From an uncultured Mediterranea sp. (GTDB taxonomy: Bacteria; Bacteroidota; Bacteroidia; Bacteroidales; Bacteroidaceae): a stretch of 50,862 bases of DNA. Where the stretch lies: contig CAMAMO010000001.1 in NCBI GenBank assembly GCA_945836915.1, positions 1-50,862 on the forward strand. The letters run 5' to 3'. Position numbers and translations under genes: made by a program. A model generated the notes under the pieces. That model was not told the DNA's origin and did no database searches. It saw only the letters and a program-made list of their open reading frames with translations. Below are positions 38,941 to 46,151 of the stretch, piece by piece. The number at the start of each line of letters is the position of its first letter. Position 1 is the first letter of the stretch.

Positions 38941-39948
38941 ATGAAGAAGATATTGATAACCGGTGCCAGCGGTTTTATTGGCAGTTTTTTGGTGGAGGAG
39001 GCGCTGAATCGCGGGTTCCAGACCTGGGCTGGTCTGAGAGCCAGCAGCAGCAAGGCCTATCTGCAAGACTCCCGCGTGGAGTTTCTGATTCTCGACATGA
39101 AGCACCCCGATAGGCTGAGAGAGCAGCTGGCTGCCCATCGGCAGGCCTTTGGATGCTTCGACGTGGTGATTCACTGTGCCGGAGCTACCAAGTGCATCGA
39201 CCCGGCCGATTTTGAGCGTATCAACTGCAATCAGACTCGCCACCTGGTGGAGGCGCTGCGTCAGTTGCAGATGATGCCCAAGCAGTTCCTCTTTGTTAGC
39301 ACCCTCAGTGTATTCGGCCCTATCCATGAGGCCGATTACACCCCCATCCGTGAGAGCGATACCCCGCAACCCAATACCGCCTATGGCCGCAGCAAGCTGA
39401 TGGCCGAGCGCTACTTGCAACAGACGACCGACGTGCCCTACGTCATCTTCCGTCCCACGGGGGTCTATGGCCCGCGTGAGAGGGACTATTTCCTGATGGC
39501 CAAGAGTATCACGCAGCATGTCGATTTCGCGGCTGGCTTTCGCCGGCAAGACCTTACTTTTGTCTATGTGAAGGACGTGGTTCAGGCCCTCTTCTTAGCC
39601 ATCGAGCGGGGCGTAACGCGTCGCTGCTACTTTCTGAGCGACGGTGAGGTCTATCAGAGCCGCACCTACAGCGACCTGCTCTGCCGTGAGTTAGGGAATC
39701 CTTTTGTGGTACGTTTCGTCAGCCCCCTCTGGCTGTTGCGGCTGATTAGCGGTGTGGCCGGATGGCTGGCCGCTTGCCGAGGCACCACCAGCACCCTCAA
39801 CCCCGACAAGTATCGCATCATGAAACAACGTAACTGGCAATGCGACATCACCCCCACCATTCAGGAGTTAGGCTATCAGCCCCAATACCCCTTGGAACGT
39901 GGCGTGAAGGAGACCGTAGCCTGGTATAAACAGGAAGGATGGCTATGA
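38941..39948 (+). CDS. Extended SDR, NAD(P)-dependent epimerase/dehydratase family
   Basis: ITGASGFIG, HCAG, YGRSK, RPTGVYGP. Confidence 0.88.
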   Translation: MKKILITGASGFIGSFLVEEALNRGFQTWAGLRASSSKAYLQDSRVEFLILDMKHPDRLREQLAAHRQAFGCFDVVIHCAGATKCIDPADFERINCNQTRHLVEALRQLQMMPKQFLFVSTLSVFGPIHEADYTPIRESDTPQPNTAYGRSKLMAERYLQQTTDVPYVIFRPTGVYGPRERDYFLMAKSITQHVDFAAGFRRQDLTFVYVKDVVQALFLAIERGVTRRCYFLSDGEVYQSRTYSDLLCRELGNPFVVRFVSPLWLLRLISGVAGWLAACRGTTSTLNPDKYRIMKQRNWQCDITPTIQELGYQPQYPLERGVKETVAWYKQEGWL

Positions 39949-40913
39949 GATTCGAGTTGCTGAAACCCACCCAAAGCGGCAAGGGGCTCTTTGCGGTAGA
40001 GAAGATTTCCTTGCTCTATAACCTGATCACCTCAGTGATTATCCTTTGTCTTTTCCGGCAGATGGACCATCCGGGGCAGATGCTGATTGACCGCGTCTGT
40101 CTGGCTATGCTCACCGTGGTGCTGATGTATCTCTACCGGCTGGCTCCCTGTAGGCTCACTGCCTTTGTGCGGGTAGCTATCCAAATGTCGCTCCTCTCAT
40201 ACTGGTACCCTGATACTTTTGAGTTCAATCGTGTCTTTCCTAATCTGGACCACCTCTTTGCCTCTGCAGAGCAGTGGCTCTTCAGTGGGCAGCCGGCCCT
40301 CTGGTTCTCGCTACGATGGCCCCAGATGTGGGTGAGCGAGGCGCTGAATATGGGCTACTTCTGCTACTATCCGATGATTTTGGTAGTGGTCGTGTGGTAC
40401 TTCCTCTTCCGTTACAACCTTTTTGAGAAGGTGTCGTTTGTTGTGGTGTGCGGGTTCTTCTGCTATTACCTTATCTATATCTTCGTGCCCGTAGCCGGTC
40501 CGCAGTTCTACTTCCCCGCTATCGGGCTGGACCAGGTGATGGCAGGTACTTTTCCCTCAATTGGCGACTACTTCAACCACCACCAGGAGCTGCTACCGGG
40601 TCCCGGCTGTGAAGAGGGCTTCTTCTATCAGCTAGTCGAGGGGTCGCAAGAGGTGGGTGAACGCCCTACAGCCGCTTTCCCCTCATCGCACGTGGGTATG
40701 AGCACTATTCTGATGATTATGTCGTGGCGAGGCAGCAAGCGCCTCTTTTTGGCTCTTCTACCCTTCTATCTGCTGCTCTGCGGAGCGACGGTTTATATCC
40801 AGGCCCACTATCTGATTGATGCCCTGATGGGCTTCCTCTCCGCCTTCATAATCTATATCGGTGTAACCTGGCTCTACAAACGCTATTTCGCCACACCGGA
40901 GGGGGCTTATTAA
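39939..40913 (+). CDS. PAP2-superfamily membrane phosphotransferase (Aur1/IPC synthase-like)
   Basis: PVAGP, AAFPSSHVG, HYLID; multiple TM segments. Confidence 0.8.
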   Translation: MAMRFELLKPTQSGKGLFAVEKISLLYNLITSVIILCLFRQMDHPGQMLIDRVCLAMLTVVLMYLYRLAPCRLTAFVRVAIQMSLLSYWYPDTFEFNRVFPNLDHLFASAEQWLFSGQPALWFSLRWPQMWVSEALNMGYFCYYPMILVVVVWYFLFRYNLFEKVSFVVVCGFFCYYLIYIFVPVAGPQFYFPAIGLDQVMAGTFPSIGDYFNHHQELLPGPGCEEGFFYQLVEGSQEVGERPTAAFPSSHVGMSTILMIMSWRGSKRLFLALLPFYLLLCGATVYIQAHYLIDALMGFLSAFIIYIGVTWLYKRYFATPEGAY

Positions 40914-40920
40914 ACATAGA

Positions 40921-41907
40921 ATGATGATACAACTTAACACCTTTACCACTGCAAGCGCCTGGCTGGCTCGCCATGCCTCTGCGTTTATTATTGCGATAGC
41001 TCTCGTTACCTTCCTTTGTCCGCAGCTCTTCGAGTGGGTTAGGGGGACGACACAGACGGTGATTCTGGGGCTGATCATGTTGACCATGGGCTTGACGCTC
41101 ACCACTGAAGATTTCTTGGTAGTAGCCCGCAGGCCGCTGGATATCTTCATCGGTGCCTCGGCTCAGTTTCTCATCATGCCCTTGGTGGCGTGGACGCTGG
41201 TTAAGGTGTTCCATTTGGAACCGGCGTTGGCACTGGGTATCCTGTTGGTGGGCTCCTGTCCGGGAGGGGTGTCGAGCAACATCATGTCCTTTCTCTGCAA
41301 GGGCGATGTGGCCTTTTCGGTAGGCATGACCTGTACCTCCACCTTGCTGGCACCGGTGATGACCCCCTTGCTGCTGCAACTCACAGCGGGCGAGATTATC
41401 GAGATTGATGCGGTGGGGATGTTTCTCAACATCCTGCTGGTCACTATTCTGCCTGTGGGGTTGGGCTGTCTGCTTAACTACCGCTACGCTCATCACCCCT
41501 CGTTCCCAACGTTGCAGGGGTTGATGCCGGGTTGCAGCGTTATCTGCCTGGCTTGTATTGTGGGCGGGGTGGTGAGCACGGTGCACGATGATTTGTTAGC
41601 CCGTGGGTTGGCGCTCTTTCTCTGGACCTTCGCTGTGGTCATCTGTCATAACGGACTGGGCTATCTGTTAGGGTGGAATGCCGGACGGTTGGCTGGTTTC
41701 AGCGTGGCTAAGAAGCGCACCCTCTCCATCGAGGTGGGGATGCAGAATGCCGGATTAGCCACCGTCTTGGCGGGCACCTTCTTCGCCGCACAACCGTTAG
41801 CGGTTTTGCCTTGTGCCATCTCGTGTGCCTGGCATAGCATTTCGGGTACCCTGCTGGCCGGTTGGTTCATGCTGCGCGAACGGCGGAGCAGAGAGGTTAT
41901 TGACTAA
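40921..41907 (+). CDS. Bile acid:sodium symporter (BASS) family transporter
   Basis: MLTMGLTL, QFLIMP, CPGGVSSN, SIEVGMQNAGLA. Confidence 0.92.
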   Translation: MMIQLNTFTTASAWLARHASAFIIAIALVTFLCPQLFEWVRGTTQTVILGLIMLTMGLTLTTEDFLVVARRPLDIFIGASAQFLIMPLVAWTLVKVFHLEPALALGILLVGSCPGGVSSNIMSFLCKGDVAFSVGMTCTSTLLAPVMTPLLLQLTAGEIIEIDAVGMFLNILLVTILPVGLGCLLNYRYAHHPSFPTLQGLMPGCSVICLACIVGGVVSTVHDDLLARGLALFLWTFAVVICHNGLGYLLGWNAGRLAGFSVAKKRTLSIEVGMQNAGLATVLAGTFFAAQPLAVLPCAISCAWHSISGTLLAGWFMLRERRSREVID

Positions 41908-41934
41908 TTGGAATACTAAAATTGAAGAAAAGAT

Positions 41935-42639
41935 ATGATTGGAATTATCAGCGCCATGGGCAGTGAGCATGAACAGCTGGCTGCCCGATTGGAAGAAAAG
42001 CAAGAGGTGTGCCGCGGACGAATGACCTTCGTTACAGGGCGCATCGGACGGAATGAGGTGGTCCTGGCACAGAGTGGCATAGGCAAGGTCAACGCCGCAC
42101 TGGGTGCCGCCGCTCTGATTGAACATTTTCAGCCTACAGCCTTGATTAGCACCGGCGTGGCTGGTGGTATAGATAGGGTGCTGCAGGTCACTGACGTGGT
42201 GGCCAGCACCAGCTTGGCTTACCACGACGTGTGGTGTGGCGACGGCAATGCCTACGGACAGATTCAAGGCCTCCCGCTCTACTTCGAGGCCGACCAACGT
42301 CTGCTCGCCGCCGCCTTGCAACTCAATGCGAGCGGCACGCTGCAGAGCCACGTTCACGGCGGCTTGATCTGTACTGGCGACCAGTTTATCAGTAACCGTC
42401 AGGAGTTGGAGGTGATTAAGGGCCGCTTTCCCGAGGCACTGGCCGTTGATATGGAGTCGGCCGCACTGGCGCAGACCTGTTACCTCAGCGGCGTCCCCTT
42501 CATCAGTTTCCGCATCATCAGCGACACCCCCGGAGCCCACGAAGAGAACTTTGCCCAGTATCTGGACTTCTGGAAGACGATGGCCGACCGCTCTTTCCAA
42601 ACTACCTGGAGCTACTTGAATGAATTGCCCAAATTATAG
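41935..42639 (+). CDS. mtnN: 5'-methylthioadenosine/S-adenosylhomocysteine nucleosidase (Pfs)
   Basis: IGIISAM, SGIGKVNAA, TGVAGG, TGDQF, VDMESAA, RIISD. Confidence 0.93.
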   Translation: MIGIISAMGSEHEQLAARLEEKQEVCRGRMTFVTGRIGRNEVVLAQSGIGKVNAALGAAALIEHFQPTALISTGVAGGIDRVLQVTDVVASTSLAYHDVWCGDGNAYGQIQGLPLYFEADQRLLAAALQLNASGTLQSHVHGGLICTGDQFISNRQELEVIKGRFPEALAVDMESAALAQTCYLSGVPFISFRIISDTPGAHEENFAQYLDFWKTMADRSFQTTWSYLNELPKL

Positions 42640-42643
42640 AGAT

Positions 42644-43126
42644 ATGGAAAAAATAGCAAGCTTTACTATTGATCACATTCACCTGCTGCGTGGCATTTAC
42701 GTTTCACGCCAGGACGACGTCAACGGTGAAACCATCACTACGTTCGACATCCGCATGAAGGAGCCTAACCGCGAGCCTGCTCTTGGTCAGGGGGCCCTGC
42801 ATACCATTGAGCACTTGGCAGCTACCTACCTGCGCAACGATCCCGAATGGAAGGATCGCATCATCTATTGGGGGCCCATGGGCTGCCTCACTGGCAACTA
42901 CCTCCTGATGCGTGGCAACCTTAAGCCCTCAGACATCGTAGAACTGATGCAACGCACCTTCCGTTTCGTGGCCAACTTTGAAGGCGAAGTGCCCGGTACC
43001 ACCCCGAAGGATTGTGGTAACTACCTCCTCCACGACCTCCCCATGGCTCGTTGGGAGAGTGCCAAGTACCTCCACGAAGTGCTGGAGCAGATGACCGAAG
43101 AAAACATGAACTACCCTCAGCAATAA
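42644..43126 (+). CDS. luxS: S-ribosylhomocysteine lyase (AI-2 synthase)
   Basis: SFTIDH, FDIRMKEPN, HTIEH, GPMGCLTG, CGNY. Confidence 0.95.
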   Translation: MEKIASFTIDHIHLLRGIYVSRQDDVNGETITTFDIRMKEPNREPALGQGALHTIEHLAATYLRNDPEWKDRIIYWGPMGCLTGNYLLMRGNLKPSDIVELMQRTFRFVANFEGEVPGTTPKDCGNYLLHDLPMARWESAKYLHEVLEQMTEENMNYPQQ

Positions 43127-43170
43127 TGGCTGAAGGTAGTTCACGCAGACCGTTCCAAAGGTTTTAACCT

Positions 43171-43746
43171 TTAGATTGGGGTGTAGATGACGGCTAAAAT
43201 CTTAGCGGCTTGGCCTTTGTAGCCGTGTACGTGATGAGGTACGATGGAGTCATAATAGATGCTGTCGCCCTCGTTCAGGATGTAGGTGTTGCGGCCATGG
43301 CAAATCTCCATGGTCCCCTCCATCACCAGGATGAACTCCTGTCCCTCATGGGTAGAGAGCACAAAATCGCTGTCATCAGTCGGAGCTACGTCAATCATGA
43401 AGGGCTCCATGTGGCGATCGACCTTTGACTTAGAGAGTGAATGGTAGGTCATGTGGCGACGGCTCTGCAGAGCGTTGTTTGAAAACTCGATGCTGTTCAT
43501 CACCTCGTCTTTACGGCAGACTACAGGACCTACCTCCTGCTGTTGGTCCAGGAAGGTGCCCAAGCGAACCCCCAATACACGGGCTATTTTGATGAGCGGA
43601 GCCAGCGAGGGCAGGTCGGTATTACTCTCGATGCGTTCCATCTGTTCTATGCCGATGCCCGACTGGCGGGCCAGTTCTTCGCGTGAGAGGCCTTTCTCTT
43701 CGCGCAGCGACTTGATTTTTTCGCCTACAAATTTGTTGGTATCCAT
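43171..43746 (-). CDS. XRE-family HTH plus cupin transcriptional regulator
   Basis: N-terminal HTH_3 (PSLAPLIKIARVLGV); cupin motifs MEPF, HEGQEF, GDSIYYDSIVPH. Confidence 0.9.
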   Translation of the reverse strand: MDTNKFVGEKIKSLREEKGLSREELARQSGIGIEQMERIESNTDLPSLAPLIKIARVLGVRLGTFLDQQQEVGPVVCRKDEVMNSIEFSNNALQSRRHMTYHSLSKSKVDRHMEPFMIDVAPTDDSDFVLSTHEGQEFILVMEGTMEICHGRNTYILNEGDSIYYDSIVPHHVHGYKGQAAKILAVIYTPI

Positions 43747-44369
43747 AGTGGTATATTGTTATTAACTGTTATCGCTTGATGAGGTATTTCGGTATGACTG
43801 CTTTGCAGCGAGAGGAGCAGTAGGATAAGCGGCAGGTAATCTTTTAGTTCTTGACGGAGTAGCTTCAGGGCTTGGCTGATCCGATAATTTACCGTCTGCG
43901 GCGACACGCCTAACTGTTCGGCTATCTCCTTGTGGGTCATGTGGCGGTGGCGGTTGAGCTCGAAAGCCTGTCGTACCTCGGGGCTCAGTTTGTTCAAGGC
44001 AGCGTGATAGAGTTCAAACAGCTCTTGGTTCAGATAGAGATCGGGCGACTCAAACCGCTCCTGATACTTATCAATAATCTCCTGATGCACCCGCCGACGA
44101 ATCTCCTCGTGGGTAATCAGATTGAGTGCTTTGTTTTTCACTATCGTAAAGAGCAGCGTCTTGATGGAAAGCGTCTCGTCAATAGCCTCACGATGCTCCC
44201 ATAACCACATCATGGTATCTTGCACCACCTCTTCCGCCTCGGATAAGGTGATGTATTGGGCGCCAAAGGCACACAGACCTCTGTAATAATAGCGGTAGAG
44301 CGCCTCGAAAGCACGCTGATCGCCAGCTCGTAGAGCTTCTGTCGTCCAAGTCGTTTCCATCTTCTTCAT
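43725..44369 (-). CDS. ECF sigma-70 factor (Bacteroides PUL-associated family)
   Basis: AFEALYRYYY, AEEVVQD, LFTIVKNKALN, region 4 HKEIAEQLGVSPQTV; divergent from fecR; TATATTTG at 44424-44431. Confidence 0.92.
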   Translation of the reverse strand: MKKMETTWTTEALRAGDQRAFEALYRYYYRGLCAFGAQYITLSEAEEVVQDTMMWLWEHREAIDETLSIKTLLFTIVKNKALNLITHEEIRRRVHQEIIDKYQERFESPDLYLNQELFELYHAALNKLSPEVRQAFELNRHRHMTHKEIAEQLGVSPQTVNYRISQALKLLRQELKDYLPLILLLLSLQSSHTEIPHQAITVNNNIPLWIPTNL

Positions 44370-44508
44370 CGCACAATCAACATAATTAAAGAAACTGGGC
44401 CATAGGTTTTTCATTTGATTTGTGCAAATATAGAGGAACTTTCTGAATATACCAAACAGGAAGCTCAAAAATATTTTTTGCCCGAAAAGATAAAAGTTTC
44501 ATAAATGA

Positions 44509-44534
44509 TTAGTATATTTGCTCGTTCATTTGTA
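44509..44534 (+). promoter_or_regulatory. Putative ECF-sigma promoter of fecR (TTAGTA-N14-TTTGTA)
   Basis: Same two hexamers with identical spacing occur upstream of susC. Confidence 0.55.
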
Positions 44535-44588
44535 CTAACAGCGGAGAGCAGTGTAAACTGTACCCCCTAAAACCAGCATATTGACCAG

Positions 44589-45578
44589 ATGGAAGATTCA
44601 AAACTCGTTGCATATTTATCCCAAGAACTTACGGCTGAGGAGGCTGCCCAGGTGGAGGCATGGGCTGCTCAGTCTGATGAAAACCGCCAAAAAATGGAGC
44701 AGGTCTATTACCTGATGCAGTTGGCTCAGCGGGCTGACAATTACGCAAAGGCTAACTTGGACCATGCTATAGGGCAGTTCCGCCGCGACGTGGAGCGCAA
44801 ACGCCGCTACAGCAAGGAGCGCCAGCGTACTTGGTGGCAACGCTACAGTTGGCAGGTGGCCGCCTTTGTGGCTGGCGTGGTACTGAGTGGTACCCTGATG
44901 ATGACACTCTTAGGAGGTGCCGCACCTTACGAGATAACAACGGGCAAGGGCCAGAGGGCCCAGCTGGTTTTGCCCGATGGTTCGAAGGTGTGGCTCAACT
45001 CATCGACCCGCCTGACCTACAACGCCAGCGTTTGGAGCGGTAGGAAGGTGAAGTTGCAGGGTGAGGCCTATTTCGAAGTGAAGCATAGCGATTGGAAGAG
45101 TTTTGAGGTGGCCTCGAAAGAGGGCATCAGAACCCGTGTGATGGGTACTAAATTCAATGTACGCGCACGTGAGGCAGAGAATCGCGTGATGACCACCCTC
45201 TTTGAGGGGGCGGTGAATATGTACCGTAGTGCAGATGACCAGGTGGGCCACCGCTTGAAGCCAGGCCAAACCATGACCGTGAACAAAGAAAACGGTGCGA
45301 TGGAGCTGCACAGCTACAATAACCCCGAGGAGATGCTTTCATGGATTAAGGGGGAGATGAACTTTCACGACCGTTCGCTGGGTGATATTGCCCAATGCTT
45401 GGAGAAGATTTATGGTATTCGTATCACCTTTACTCAAGCGCAGCTACGCAAAGAGTGCTTCACCGGCCATTTCAAGACGGATGATCCCGTCAACGAGGTG
45501 CTACGTACCTTAGCGCTGACCAATCACTTTACCTACAAGGTAGAGGGTGAGAAGGTAACCATTCTCCCGCCAAGATAA
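44589..45578 (+). CDS. FecR family anti-sigma factor
   Basis: One TM segment, LPDGSKVWLN, LQGEAYFEV, VMGTKFNV, C-terminal FecR_C region. Confidence 0.93.
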   Translation: MEDSKLVAYLSQELTAEEAAQVEAWAAQSDENRQKMEQVYYLMQLAQRADNYAKANLDHAIGQFRRDVERKRRYSKERQRTWWQRYSWQVAAFVAGVVLSGTLMMTLLGGAAPYEITTGKGQRAQLVLPDGSKVWLNSSTRLTYNASVWSGRKVKLQGEAYFEVKHSDWKSFEVASKEGIRTRVMGTKFNVRAREAENRVMTTLFEGAVNMYRSADDQVGHRLKPGQTMTVNKENGAMELHSYNNPEEMLSWIKGEMNFHDRSLGDIAQCLEKIYGIRITFTQAQLRKECFTGHFKTDDPVNEVLRTLALTNHFTYKVEGEKVTILPPR

Positions 45579-45627
45579 TCGACAGAGGGAGATGACTCCT
45601 CTGTTCCTCCCCTTTAACTCTCATTAG

Positions 45628-45711
45628 ACTCTAATCTCTCTCTAATGTTCATCTAACTATTCTCTAATCTAGGATTAGAGGAAGATTAGAGTAACTTGGG
45701 AGGAACTTGGG
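45628..45711. repeat. Nested CTCTAAT / ATTAGAG foldback repeat cluster
   Basis: CTCTAAT x3, GATTAGAG x2, AACTTGGGA x2; perfect hairpin CTCTAATC-TAG-GATTAGAG at 45662-45680. Confidence 0.6.
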
Positions 45712-45836
45712 ACTAACCTTAGACCTACCTTAAAACTACGGCCTTTGCATAGATGTTTTTTCTTACGCCTCAATCAACTCCTACTTGAGATAAGGAATAA
45801 TCAGAAAATTCAACAGAGCTAAAAATAGCATGCCAT

Positions 45837-45959
45837 AGTTAGCGCCATTAACGCCATAGCGCCACTTGGCGTTAACTTTATAAAATAGATAAAATAATAG
45901 TTTTCTTCTAGTTTTCTATATTAGCGCCACTTGGCGCTATGGCGCTAGTGGCGCTAACT
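45837..45959. repeat. 39-bp imperfect inverted repeat made of TAGCGCCA units around a 45-bp AT-rich spacer
   Basis: Left arm 45837-45875 versus reverse complement of 45921-45959: 34/39 identical by eye. Confidence 0.8.
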
Positions 45960-46046
45960 CCCACCCCTTGAAAATAGCAAAAAAAAGAAATATTTAAACA
46001 CGTTGCGTAAAGATTGAATTTTTACTCAAAAAAAATGCATTTTTCT

Positions 46047-46072
46047 TTAGTAACATCTTTCCGCGGTTTGTA
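46047..46072 (+). promoter_or_regulatory. Putative ECF-sigma promoter of susC (TTAGTA-N14-TTTGTA)
   Basis: Matches the motif upstream of fecR. Confidence 0.55.
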
Positions 46073-46151
46073 TAATATGCGATAATGGGATGAGATGGTT
46101 TCATTCCATACATAAACCGATTAACCAAACTAATTAAAAACAAGAAGAGAC

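Noticed and set aside
45600-45960. CRISPR array or promoter invertion
   Set aside because: No regular repeat-spacer period, no cas or recombinase gene nearby, and no TAnnTTTG in either orientation of the spacer; kept only as a repeat finding
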